Assembly (NCBI GenBank): GCA_042569595.1
Contig: JBHPHI010000003.1
Span: forward strand, 1-58,403
DNA from: Patescibacteria group bacterium
Lineage (GTDB): Bacteria; Patescibacteriota; Microgenomatia; UBA1400; 2-01-FULL-45-11
Length of the DNA: 58,403 nt
Direction of reading: 5' to 3'
The position numbers were made by a program, and so were the translations under genes. The notes beneath the pieces are model-generated. The model searched no databases. It was given only the letters and a program-made list of their open reading frames with translations, and was not told where the DNA came from. Of the stretch, positions 47,453 to 58,001 are shown piece after piece. Every line of letters starts with the position of its first letter. Within the stretch, counting starts at the first letter, position 1.

Positions 47453-47480
47453 TTGACATGGTATAGATATGGGGTATAAT
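47453..47480 (+). promoter_or_regulatory. Consensus sigma70 promoter upstream of the M23 gene
   Basis: TTGACA-N16-TATAAT. Confidence 0.85.
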
Positions 47481-47642
47481 CTCTCAATCTTCCCAAGAAA
47501 TTGATTTAAGGGAAGATTTTTGTTTAATAAGTAGTTTGAACGCCTGGTGTCCAGGGACACTATCGAGGAAAACCAAGGTTTTCCGGGAAAGTGTAAAAAC
47601 AAATTACCCAACAACGACCTGACAGCCTGTGTGGGCTGCAAT

Positions 47643-48353
47643 ATGATACAAAAGAAAAAAAATATAAACACACTCAAATCCAGATTGTCTGGTTTGGTGC
47701 AAAAAATTTTCAATTATTCTCGATATTTATCCCCCACCTATCTAAACTCTCGTTTTAGAAGTGGAAATGTTTTTAGTCGAGTTTTAAGGCTAGTATTTGA
47801 AAAGCGCATTGTCCGCAAGGTTTTCGGAGCTCAGCTGGCTGCTTCTGTGTTGATGTTTAGCCCATTTTTAACAAGCCAACACCCAGATGAACTAGCTTAC
47901 CCCGGCATTGGAACTGCAAATGTAGTCCTTGAGGTGCCTGTTGAGGCTAAAATCGCTACTGAATCTGTATTAATGCAAAACCCCGTATCTGGATTTGTGG
48001 GGGTTTCTACAAGGTTTAGGGGCGGTCACGCTGGTTATGACTTAAGAGCTCCTCTGGGCACCGGAGTATATCCTGTACTTGAGGGAACTGTTGATAGGGT
48101 AATTCATTCTACTCATGGTTATGGAAGAAGAGTGATTTTAAAACACGATGATGGTTTTGAGTCATTATATGCTCATATGGGTCTAGTTTCTATTAATGAA
48201 GGCGATGTTGTTGATCTTAATACTAGATTGGGAGAGGTTGGGTTGACTGGATTGACTACAGGACCTCATATCCATTTAGAGCTGTATAAAGATGGAGTGC
48301 CTGTAAATCCTGGATTTTATCTAAATTTGGAAGACTTACCTAGCGAACAATAG
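47643..48353 (+). CDS. M23-family peptidoglycan endopeptidase
   Basis: [14 protein letters not shown]...H, YAHM and TTGPHIHLE. The start codon is uncertain. Confidence 0.9.
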   Translation: MIQKKKNINTLKSRLSGLVQKIFNYSRYLSPTYLNSRFRSGNVFSRVLRLVFEKRIVRKVFGAQLAASVLMFSPFLTSQHPDELAYPGIGTANVVLEVPVEAKIATESVLMQNPVSGFVGVSTRFRGGHAGYDLRAPLGTGVYPVLEGTVDRVIHSTHGYGRRVILKHDDGFESLYAHMGLVSINEGDVVDLNTRLGEVGLTGLTTGPHIHLELYKDGVPVNPGFYLNLEDLPSEQ

Positions 48354-49056
48354 TTCCAATATCCTCGCCTGAAACCACTCTTTTAAGATTTCCGTTTTTA
48401 AACAAGTTAAATACGTAAATTGGAATGTTGTTGTCCATACAGAGACTTAGGGCTGCAGTGTCCATGACCTGAACACCGTCTTGGCTGATGGCGTCTATGT
48501 AAGACAGTTTGTCATATCGTTTTGCGTCATCAAATTTCATTGGGTCTTTATCGTAAACTCCGTCCACCTTTGTCGCCTTTATTAAGATTTCACAATTCAA
48601 TTCCAATGCTCTCAAGGCTGCTCCTGAGTCCGTAGTAAAGTAAGGGCTGCCTGTTCCTGCTGCGAGGATGACTACTCTACCTTTTTCCATATGTCTTAAA
48701 GATCTTCTTCTAATGAATGGTTCTGCTACTTCTTGCATCTGGATTGCTGATTGAACTCTAGTATCAACACCTGCTTTTTCTAAAGCGTCCTGAACAGCAA
48801 GTGAGTTCATTATGGTGGCCAACATGCCCATATAGTCTGCAGTAGCTCTGTCTATGCCCTGTTGAGCGGCTGATAAACCCCTGAAAATGTTACCTGCTCC
48901 GATAACTAAAGCAACTTGAACTCCGAATTCTCGAATGCTTTTTATTTCTTCTGCTACATTTTTTGCTGCGTCTGGGGAAATACCATACTCTTTATCGCCT
49001 AGAAGGGACTCGCCACCGATTTTTAGAAGGATTCTTTTGTATTTAGGTTCTGCCAT
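48340..49056 (-). CDS. pyrH: Uridylate kinase
   Basis: [26 protein letters not shown] and [10 protein letters not shown]. Confidence 0.98.
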   Translation of the reverse strand: MAEPKYKRILLKIGGESLLGDKEYGISPDAAKNVAEEIKSIREFGVQVALVIGAGNIFRGLSAAQQGIDRATADYMGMLATIMNSLAVQDALEKAGVDTRVQSAIQMQEVAEPFIRRRSLRHMEKGRVVILAAGTGSPYFTTDSGAALRALELNCEILIKATKVDGVYDKDPMKFDDAKRYDKLSYIDAISQDGVQVMDTAALSLCMDNNIPIYVFNLFKNGNLKRVVSGEDIGTIVR

Positions 49057-49106
49057 AAATCTATCTTAACGGATTTTATCAAGTAAGCATCTGGTTTACA
49101 AGGGAT

Positions 49107-49679
49107 TTATTGGAATAGTTCTCCAAGCGTGAGTCCAAAAGTTGAGGTGAGAGTGTATTTAATAAACGATCCCATCCATGTTGCAAAAAAGAATTGAAAA
49201 TACGTAATCCCTAAAGCTCCCGACATAATTCCAGCAAGATCAAATAAAGGATTTGGAATGCTGGCTAGAAACACTATTCCCCAATATCCATATTTATCGA
49301 TTTGATTTTTTATTTTTTTGTACGTGTCCGACTTTTCTACGACAATGTTTCCACCCAGGCCCACAAAATAACCAACAGACTCCCCAAGTGCGGCCCCAAG
49401 AGAGGCTATTAATCCGACCATGATTGGGTTTAGTGCTGCTCCTAGCGCTGCTGTGGTTATGAGGACTGGAGTAGGTAAAAATAAGGTTGCATTACCAATG
49501 AGACTAATTATAAATATCCCCATGTATCCGTAATTTTTGAACTGATGAATATAATCTCTGCTGAAAATAATTGCAATAGAAATGGCGATTGCCAAAATCG
49601 TAGACAATAGTTTGTATTTTTTTTGAGACTTTTCTCTGCTTTTGTCTGTGATGGTGGTTTTTGTCTTTTTCTTTGTCAT
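49107..49679 (-). CDS. DedA/VTT-domain membrane protein
   Basis: GAALGESVGYFVG and SIPNPLFDLAGIMSG. Confidence 0.88.
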   Translation of the reverse strand: MTKKKTKTTITDKSREKSQKKYKLLSTILAIAISIAIIFSRDYIHQFKNYGYMGIFIISLIGNATLFLPTPVLITTAALGAALNPIMVGLIASLGAALGESVGYFVGLGGNIVVEKSDTYKKIKNQIDKYGYWGIVFLASIPNPLFDLAGIMSGALGITYFQFFFATWMGSFIKYTLTSTFGLTLGELFQ

Positions 49680-49990
49680 TATTTACTCAAGGTAAGAGGG
49701 ATTAAAAATCCAAATGTCATGGTAATTGTAATTATGAACAGAGGTAGTTGAAACCATAAAATCGGTTTTTTGTGTTGTTTGGTTCTGATGGCAATAGAAA
49801 ATACATAAAGATATAAAGAAGCCCCCACCAACCCCGACAAACTAGTAACCCCTGATGAAAATCTGAAAAAAATATATGCGGCTTTTGGTTGGAAAAATCT
49901 TACAAGAAAAACTGGATGGAGAAATAGTACAAAAAATAATACTACCCAGCCCATTAGAGCTAAACTTGTGATTTGAATTTTTTTAGTCAT
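49679..49990 (-). CDS. Small three-TM hypothetical protein
   Basis: Hydrophobic ORF coupled to the downstream gene. Confidence 0.6.
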   Translation of the reverse strand: MTKKIQITSLALMGWVVLFFVLFLHPVFLVRFFQPKAAYIFFRFSSGVTSLSGLVGASLYLYVFSIAIRTKQHKKPILWFQLPLFIITITMTFGFLIPLTLSK

Positions 49991-50018
49991 TTTCTAAAGA
50001 TTATTGTAGCAATCTGGT

Positions 50019-50780
50019 TCACACCAATTGATCAACTTCTTTTCTTCTTTGCCCTAGAAGCTGCCTTGCTTTATCTTTGCCTTTTAGAGTAATAAAGTAT
50101 CCGTCAATATCTTTTTCTAGATTTTCTAAGTAAGTTTGTGGCTCTACGCCCTTTCTAACAGTGTCTTGCCAGAAATTTTGATGAGTATACGACCATAAAT
50201 GGTCTAGGTCTGCCAGCAGTTGAACTTCTTTGGGTGTTTCTCCATTTTGTTTTATTTCCCAAGGGATGTCGTGAAGACGAACGCTTTTTAAGATGAGTTC
50301 TTTTTCATGATCTGGAAGCGGGTATTCGTTTAAAATTTCTTTGGAAATCTTTTCTCCCTCAACAGCATGCTTGGTCTTTGGTTTTGAAGCCTCGTCCGAA
50401 AGTTCAAGCACTCCCTGCACACCAAGACTGCTAGTAATTTCTACGTCTGACAATTTATCCCAGCCTACATCATGAAGAATAAGTGATATTGCTAATACTT
50501 TTTTATTAATTTCTTCTCCTTGAGATAACTCATCTAAAAATCCTAAGCATATGGCTGTGTGTACGTCTGTGGTTCTTTTTGATAGTTTTGGTAGAATTTT
50601 TTGAAAAAAATCTTTGTATTCTTCTGGAATGTGTTCAAAGTACTTATCGTTCCAGGGAATATATGCAAGAAAATGTAAGTCCTTTTGGGAAACTGTTTTT
50701 GATTCTGGAAAGATTAAGGTAATATCTTCTGGAATTTGATATTTTTTTCCATCAGGAGTAGTAATGTTTTTGAACTTCAT
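50019..50780 (-). CDS. HD-domain phosphohydrolase
   Basis: DVHTAI...ILHDVGW, KHAVEG, RLHD and ADLDHLWS. Confidence 0.85.
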   Translation of the reverse strand: MKFKNITTPDGKKYQIPEDITLIFPESKTVSQKDLHFLAYIPWNDKYFEHIPEEYKDFFQKILPKLSKRTTDVHTAICLGFLDELSQGEEINKKVLAISLILHDVGWDKLSDVEITSSLGVQGVLELSDEASKPKTKHAVEGEKISKEILNEYPLPDHEKELILKSVRLHDIPWEIKQNGETPKEVQLLADLDHLWSYTHQNFWQDTVRKGVEPQTYLENLEKDIDGYFITLKGKDKARQLLGQRRKEVDQLV

Positions 50781-50839
50781 AATGACCGTATTCTAACAAA
50801 AAAGCTCCCGTAGTACTCCAGGAGCTATTTGTTAGCTTT

Positions 50840-51316
50840 TTACCTTCCAAAGTGTTTTCCCATTCCTTTTCCACGACCCCTTTGTTTCGCCCAATCAATC
50901 TTGGCTTGAATGTCTTCTTCTGATAAACCCATCTCTCTCATGTGTTCTTTTCTGGCTTCGAGTCTATACTCTCTCCATTCTTCTATGGTTTTATCTGAGT
51001 CTTCGGCAATATCCCTAGGTTTTTCACCATTTTCGAGCCTTGATCGAACCTCTTCAATGTCCATGCCGAAAAAATCAGCTAGAGTCTGGAGTCTTTCTTC
51101 CATGTGGGTAGCTCTATGTTCTTCTCTTTTTTGAATCTCTTCTGGAGAAAGGTTTTGAAGTCTTTTGCCCCATGCTGGAGCGTCACCCTGCAACCCTACT
51201 TCGCTTTTGTCTTTTGCTTGATCAAATGGCCAGAAGGCTCCTACAAGCTTTGGGGTGGACAAACCTACAACAACAAGACTTAAAAGGCTAAGTGTTGCTA
51301 CGTTTTTCTTATTCAT
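50840..51316 (-). CDS. Exported helical protein (Spy/CpxP-like composition)
   Basis: Signal peptide ending VGAF, an E/R/M-rich helical body, a GRGKGMG tail and a strong SD (AGGAGGTG). Confidence 0.75.
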   Translation of the reverse strand: MNKKNVATLSLLSLVVVGLSTPKLVGAFWPFDQAKDKSEVGLQGDAPAWGKRLQNLSPEEIQKREEHRATHMEERLQTLADFFGMDIEEVRSRLENGEKPRDIAEDSDKTIEEWREYRLEARKEHMREMGLSEEDIQAKIDWAKQRGRGKGMGKHFGR

Positions 51317-51340
51317 TTATTTCACCTCCTTTCTACATGT

Positions 51341-51368
51341 AATACAAAGAAGGCTGCAAAATCTTTCA
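51341..51368 (-). promoter_or_regulatory. Putative ECF sigma promoter
   Basis: TGAAAG-N16-TGTATT on the minus strand. Confidence 0.6.
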
Positions 51369-51384
51369 GTTTAGGTGCTTGAAA

Positions 51385-52173
51385 TTATTTACGAAGGGGC
51401 GTGGGACGATGAGCTCCTTTTACTCTTGGTCTTGGGAGGGCGCTACCGGAAGATGGTTTGATTTGTTTTTTCCACATCATTCTGCCTTTGTGAATTCCTT
51501 GAGCATATATGACGCCTTCGTAGTATTTGCCCACGACTCCCACTCTGTCTCCGACTTGAAATTTTTCATCACCAGGGATTATTGTATTTTCATCCCAATA
51601 AACTGGAATCGATGTTTCTGAGGTGGGTTTTTGAATTTCTATATGATCTTGATGCACGCTAATTACTTCCCCCATAATTACGTTTTCTTTTGAAAACTCT
51701 TGTTTATATAAAGGTTTTAAGGTTCTTAATTTTTCTAACCTGTCACTTGCTCCGAATTTATCGATAATAAAAGCCATTACGATGACGGATCCCACTATTG
51801 CAAAAATAATTCCTAAAAAGTTTTTCTTGTAAGAAATATCGTACTTTTTCAAAAGCCAAGCTCCTAAAGAAATGCTGAGGATTGAAACTAGCGTGAGCCC
51901 GAATGGAAATATTCTAAGAAATGCTGGTCCACCTACGATTCCTAGTCGTAAAAACCCCATCGGGTTTTGGGTGCGAATATGGAACATAGAGATGGATAAA
52001 AAGAGTAAAGCTAAGAGAATGGTGGATGTGATCCCGGCACCCAACAAAACTGACCCAACTACAAAATATGCCTTGGGTTTCATCTTTACTTCTTCTGATT
52101 TTATTTTTGACATCACGTCTTTGGTGATGCTTTGTGGTCTTTTGGTTTTTTTGGAAGTTTTTGTTTTACTCAT
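51385..52173 (-). CDS. Membrane protein, putative anti-sigma factor with C-terminal OB-like domain
   Basis: The ATG at 52173 follows SD GGAGGTG and overlaps the sigma stop. Three TM segments, then GEVISV...GDRVGVVG. Confidence 0.65.
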   Translation of the reverse strand: MSKTKTSKKTKRPQSITKDVMSKIKSEEVKMKPKAYFVVGSVLLGAGITSTILLALLFLSISMFHIRTQNPMGFLRLGIVGGPAFLRIFPFGLTLVSILSISLGAWLLKKYDISYKKNFLGIIFAIVGSVIVMAFIIDKFGASDRLEKLRTLKPLYKQEFSKENVIMGEVISVHQDHIEIQKPTSETSIPVYWDENTIIPGDEKFQVGDRVGVVGKYYEGVIYAQGIHKGRMMWKKQIKPSSGSALPRPRVKGAHRPTPLRK

Positions 52174-52726
52174 GACCACCTCCTTCTTGGATAATAGTTT
52201 TTAATAATTTTTTACCTCTGTTTATTTTTGTGCCCACAGTTCCTGAGGGCATTCTTAATATATCGCTAATTTCTTCATAAGATCTTTCCTCAAGAAAAAA
52301 TAGAGTCATGACGGATTTGTAACCTATGGGTAATTTGCCCACTGCTTTTCTTACCATGTTTTTCAACTCTTCTTTTGAGTATTCATCTTCAATATTCTGT
52401 GTTGATTCTACTTTTTTCCAATATTCTTGATCTAAATTAATTATCCTGTTGTTTTTTTTCGCTGCGTTTATGGCCTGATTATGAGTAATGCGATAAATCC
52501 AGCTGCTAAATTTCTTTTTAGTATCGAATCCGAATAAATTTTTATAAGCATTTATAAAAGCTGTCTGAACTACGTCTTCGGCTAAATCCAAATCGTTAAT
52601 TAGGTACTGCGCATACCGCAATAGCTTTTCTTGATATCGATTGACTAGGTGGACGTAAAGCTCTTGGTCTTTGCTTCTAACAAGAACCACCACCTCTTCG
52701 TCTGTGAGAGAGTTTATTTGTTTCAT
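52166..52726 (-). CDS. ECF RNA polymerase sigma factor (SigW/RpoE-like)
   Basis: AEDVVQTAFINAY, FSSWIYRITHN and SYEEISDILRMPSGTVGTKINRG. Confidence 0.95.
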   Translation of the reverse strand: MKQINSLTDEEVVVLVRSKDQELYVHLVNRYQEKLLRYAQYLINDLDLAEDVVQTAFINAYKNLFGFDTKKKFSSWIYRITHNQAINAAKKNNRIINLDQEYWKKVESTQNIEDEYSKEELKNMVRKAVGKLPIGYKSVMTLFFLEERSYEEISDILRMPSGTVGTKINRGKKLLKTIIQEGGGHE

Positions 52727-52738
52727 TGGCTAATAAAT

Positions 52739-52767
52739 AATACAAAGAAAGTGAAGGTTTTCTTTCA
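52739..52767 (-). promoter_or_regulatory. Putative autoregulatory ECF sigma promoter
   Basis: TGAAAG-N17-TGTATT, the same motif as at 51341-51368. Confidence 0.6.
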
Positions 52768-52772
52768 TTTTG

Positions 52773-53141
52773 TTATGGACACTCGCTTCTGAAATATTCC
52801 CACTCATCACACTCTTGCCCCGATTCTATAATACAAACTCCCCTAACACCCCCTTCTCCTGCTTCATAACGAAGTGTGCCGTTTTGATCTAAGCAGTAAA
52901 TGGCGGCTGGATTCGCAAGACCAGCTGGCGTAGCAGAGTCTGTCGATTCTTTTATTTCCTCCCGAATCTCTTCTTTTTGTTCGCCTTTACATCCTGTTTC
53001 TGGTGGTGGGTCTTTTGGATTGCCGTGCTTGATCCATTCTCCCTCTTGACAAATCCAGGTGTCTTCGCTGCCGCCAAATAAAAATCTTGCTGCAAATAGG
53101 CTTAAAATAATCAGTCCCAATATTAGAATGGTTTTTTTCAT
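52773..53141 (-). CDS. Small exported protein with DUF333-like domain
   Basis: Signal/anchor, WICQEGEWIKHGNP, then LANPAAIYCLDQNG...GVC...CDEWEYFR. Confidence 0.85.
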   Translation of the reverse strand: MKKTILILGLIILSLFAARFLFGGSEDTWICQEGEWIKHGNPKDPPPETGCKGEQKEEIREEIKESTDSATPAGLANPAAIYCLDQNGTLRYEAGEGGVRGVCIIESGQECDEWEYFRSECP

Positions 53142-53269
53142 TTGAAGAGACCGTAAAGTTGAGTTGGGAGAAAAAGTCTTAGAATTGCAGTAGCTGCCGA
53201 AGTGATAATGGCTATGCGGTTAACTTTTTTCTTGTGTTTTGTTCGCCACTTTTTGAATTTTTTTATCAA
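53138..53269 (-). CDS. 43-aa basic/hydrophobic microprotein (not in the track)
   Basis: TTG start; MIKKFKKWRTKHKKKVNRIAIITSAATAILRLFLPTQLYGLFK. Its TGA overlaps the next ATG (ATGA). Confidence 0.5.
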   Translation of the reverse strand: MIKKFKKWRTKHKKKVNRIAIITSAATAILRLFLPTQLYGLFK

Positions 53270-53277
53270 GTTATTGT

Positions 53278-53297
53278 TGTGGATAAGTTGTGGAAAA
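53278..53297 (-). promoter_or_regulatory. Tandem DnaA boxes
   Basis: TGTGGATAA (perfect, 53278-86) and TGTGGAAAA (one mismatch, 53289-97) in an AT-rich intergenic region. Confidence 0.6.
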
Positions 53298-53338
53298 CTA
53301 TTATTTCTCATTTGAAGTTATTTTATCAAATAATTTAA

Positions 53339-55057
53339 TTAGTTATATGACTCTACCCAAACAACCCCATGCGGACTAAGGTGAGCAACTTGATTTTGGA
53401 TATGAGAATCATTTAAAGCTAAAAGGGTTTCTCCAGGATTTTTGAGAGAGATTTTGTCTTCTTGGTTGGATAAGTTGATATACACCTCAAGGTCTGGCCC
53501 GTCTAGAGAAAATCTGGCTGCAAATACGTGCTGATATGGAGTGTCTATTTTTTCTGGAATGGTGGTTGAAAAGTCTTTAATTTTTGATCTGGTGTTTAAG
53601 ATTTTTGAAATACCCTCCAAAATAACCTTCCCTTGTTCGCTATTAAGTTTTTCTTGTTGAAATGGTCCCCTATTTATATCTCTTGTGTCGTGAGATACGT
53701 CTTTGTTTCTTGGATCTTCTTTTTTTAGAAGGGTTTGTTGTTCCATGTATTTGTGGTTGTTTTCCTGGCCAATTTCGTCTCCATAGTAAATAGCTAAAGA
53801 TCCAGAAATAGAGGCTAGTAAAGCGTGGGCCATAATTACTTGTTTTTCATCATTGTCTAAAAAACTAGCTGTTCTTCCAGCCACTCCAAACCCCTCAGAA
53901 AATGACAATCCTCTTGCAGTAAGGTCTTCATATAAAACTAGCCTTGTGTCTTCGTCTATAAAATCAAGCATTATTTGATCGTGGTTTCTTAAAAACATTA
54001 TCCACTGCGCCCAATCTGGAATTTTTTTTGTTTCATCTAACGCATCCCAAATGTGCTGGGGATTTTTTCCCACTATTGAGGCCCAAAGAGCGCCGTTTAA
54101 ATGAAAGTTGTAGGCAAGCTCAGACTCAATATGGTCACTGGAGCCAAAATATTTCTTGGTTATTTCTACAGGCTGAACAGCCTCTACTAAAAATGCACTG
54201 TTTGGGGCGGTTAGTTTATTGACTTGATGAAGAGATTTGACCAAAACGTGAGTAGATTCTGTAGTATCCGTTTCCCCTACAAACACATTTTTTCCAATGT
54301 GGGGAATTGCGTCTAGTCTGAAGCTGGCACCTTTTTTGTTCCAATGGATTAAAATTCGAGAGAACTCCTTGAATACCTGGGGGTTGTGCCAATCTAAATC
54401 TATTTGATGGGGATAGAAAGTATGAAAATACCAATAACCATCTTTGGCTTGCTCCCAATGAGGTATTGGCCCTGCCTGTTCGGGAAAAACTATTCTCATT
54501 TTCACCTGTTTACCATTTAGAACATATTCTGCCCAAACACCTTTGTCGTTGGTGAATTTTCGTAAAAAATCTGGTTTGCTGGCGGTATGTGTGTAAAAAT
54601 TTCTGTATTTTTCATCTCCGTTTACAGCCTTTTGAAACCACTCGTGTTGGACTGATGTGTGGTTTGAAACAATATCCATAAGAACTTGGGTGTTTTTTTC
54701 TTTCGCTGAGGTTAGTAATTTTTCAAAAGAGTTGTTTCCTCCTAAATTGTCCCTAACTTTCAAGTAATCAGAAACATCAAAGCCTGCGTCAATCATGGGA
54801 GACTCTAAGAAAGGCAGGATGTGAATGGCGTTGCAGCCTAGGTTTTTGATGTGATCTAATTTTTGTGTGAGAGCGGCTAGGCTGTTTTCTTTTGAAAATA
54901 CTTCTGCGTAGGTAACGTAAATTTGAGAATTTTTGTACCATTCAATATTTTTTTCATCTAGGTGTTTTGAGGGAACTAACTCTGGCTTTAGTTCTTCAAC
55001 TATTTCACCAGCTTCTTTTGGATAAATTTGCTTTAACAGCTCTTCTAAAACCTGCAT
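53339..55057 (-). CDS. GH13 glycoside hydrolase, trehalose synthase (TreS)/amylosucrase-like
   Basis: DAGFDVSDY, SNHTS, QIDLDW, FRLDAIPH, LVEAVQ and FLRNHD. Confidence 0.9.
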   Translation of the reverse strand: MQVLEELLKQIYPKEAGEIVEELKPELVPSKHLDEKNIEWYKNSQIYVTYAEVFSKENSLAALTQKLDHIKNLGCNAIHILPFLESPMIDAGFDVSDYLKVRDNLGGNNSFEKLLTSAKEKNTQVLMDIVSNHTSVQHEWFQKAVNGDEKYRNFYTHTASKPDFLRKFTNDKGVWAEYVLNGKQVKMRIVFPEQAGPIPHWEQAKDGYWYFHTFYPHQIDLDWHNPQVFKEFSRILIHWNKKGASFRLDAIPHIGKNVFVGETDTTESTHVLVKSLHQVNKLTAPNSAFLVEAVQPVEITKKYFGSSDHIESELAYNFHLNGALWASIVGKNPQHIWDALDETKKIPDWAQWIMFLRNHDQIMLDFIDEDTRLVLYEDLTARGLSFSEGFGVAGRTASFLDNDEKQVIMAHALLASISGSLAIYYGDEIGQENNHKYMEQQTLLKKEDPRNKDVSHDTRDINRGPFQQEKLNSEQGKVILEGISKILNTRSKIKDFSTTIPEKIDTPYQHVFAARFSLDGPDLEVYINLSNQEDKISLKNPGETLLALNDSHIQNQVAHLSPHGVVWVESYN

Positions 55058-55086
55058 GGGGTAAGTATATCCGGAAGAAGAACTAG

Positions 55087-55536
55087 TTATCTAGTGATAA
55101 GTTGTTGGCCTATTTCATCCCAACACTCTGGCACCATGGTGGTGGGAAAGTTAAAAGGGTCAATGTCCCCACACAAGACTGTGCCGTTGCCGTCTGCAGC
55201 TATTTGCCATGGTCCTGTGGTTTTGACTGCTAAAAACCATCCCCCAGCTATTTCGCCGGCAAATTTTACTAGTCCTTTGGCGTGCACGCCTGTGTTTGTT
55301 TCGATAGTGATTTGGGTATCTGCAACAGATTTGCTGTGTTTTGTAGCCATGGCTTGTTTGATCTCGTCCATATCCGTTGCTTGTGGAGCTGGAGCAAGAG
55401 TTGCTTCTGGAACTATTGTAGGTTGAGTAGTGGAAGTGGGCGTGGGAGTAGGGCCTAATTTTTTCGTGCCGAATTGATAGGCGCCTCCCGCTAAAACTAT
55501 AAGAAGTAGAATAAAAATAATAATATTCTTTGCCAT
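55087..55536 (-). CDS. Membrane-anchored hypothetical protein
   Basis: TM segment, PT linker and a small domain HAKGLV...GGWFLAVK...WQIAADGNG...C...C. Confidence 0.8.
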   Translation of the reverse strand: MAKNIIIFILLLIVLAGGAYQFGTKKLGPTPTPTSTTQPTIVPEATLAPAPQATDMDEIKQAMATKHSKSVADTQITIETNTGVHAKGLVKFAGEIAGGWFLAVKTTGPWQIAADGNGTVLCGDIDPFNFPTTMVPECWDEIGQQLITR

Positions 55537-55580
55537 ATCTTCCTTTTTTATTTATTTGGGGATATTGTAGCAAAAGTTGG

Positions 55581-55907
55581 TTATTTCCAAATAGCTGCAA
55601 TGCCGGTGATGAAAATAGAAAGAATTAGAAGAAAGTAATATGAATTATTCGATAGTGTTTTTGACTTGTTTTTGACTACTAGAAAAACTATCGGCAAAAG
55701 TAGGCAGAGCTTGATGGTGACTTTGAAATGATTTACGTCTGATCCTTTTATTCCTGTGAGAATAATGCCTGTAGCTAATTGAGTCATGCTTCCATGAAGG
55801 ATGGCTTTGGTGATTTTTTTGTTTTTATCAGAAAACTGATTTGCTAGTCCACCCAATAATACAGCCAGGCCGAAAAAATTTAAAAATCGAAAGATGCTTA
55901 TGATCAT
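55581..55907 (-). CDS. Small four-TM membrane protein
   Basis: Hydrophobic ORF containing HGSMTQLATG and NHFKVTIKL. Confidence 0.75.
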   Translation of the reverse strand: MIISIFRFLNFFGLAVLLGGLANQFSDKNKKITKAILHGSMTQLATGIILTGIKGSDVNHFKVTIKLCLLLPIVFLVVKNKSKTLSNNSYYFLLILSIFITGIAAIWK

Positions 55908-55921
55908 ATGTTGATTTTAGC

Positions 55922-55948
55922 AAAAAGGGCCGGTCAAAACCGGCCCTT
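55922..55948 (-). terminator. Intrinsic terminator after groL
   Basis: AAGGGCCGGT-TTTG-ACCGGCCCTT followed by a T run on the minus strand. Confidence 0.88.
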
Positions 55949-55980
55949 CTTTCTTTTAATCTAATTAACTTTTTATAAAG

Positions 55981-57639
<1,659 letters not shown>

Positions 57640-57642
57640 TTA

Positions 57643-57954
57643 TTACTTAACTACTGCTAATATATCTTCGAACTTGAGGAATTGGTATTCGATGTCACCA
57701 ATTTTGACCTCATTCCCACCCCATTTTTTGTAAACGACTATGTCGCCCTTTTTGACTGGAGATTTGATGGTGGCTCCGTGTTCGGTAGCCCAATCATCGC
57801 CAGCTGCAAGAACATTGCCTTGCTGAGGCTTCTCATCATGACTATCTGGTAAATAAATGCCGGAATCTGTTTGTTTTTGAGCTTCGGCGGGCTCAACTAA
57901 AATGTAACCTGGTAGAGGTTTTAGGTTGCTTGGCTTTAATGTTTTGGTAGCCAT
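57643..57954 (-). CDS. groS: Co-chaperonin GroES
   Basis: LKPL...ILVEP, SGIYLPD, EKPQQGNVLA and EDILA. Confidence 0.98.
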   Translation of the reverse strand: MATKTLKPSNLKPLPGYILVEPAEAQKQTDSGIYLPDSHDEKPQQGNVLAAGDDWATEHGATIKSPVKKGDIVVYKKWGGNEVKIGDIEYQFLKFEDILAVVK

Positions 57955-58001
57955 AGATTTTTTCTCCCTACTATTTGTAATTTATAAGATAAAAAAGCGC
58001 T

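Noticed and set aside
51872-55600. Overlapping ORFs 51872-52204 +, 55094-55426 + and 55160-55600 -
   Set aside because: They overlap better-supported genes and lack motifs.
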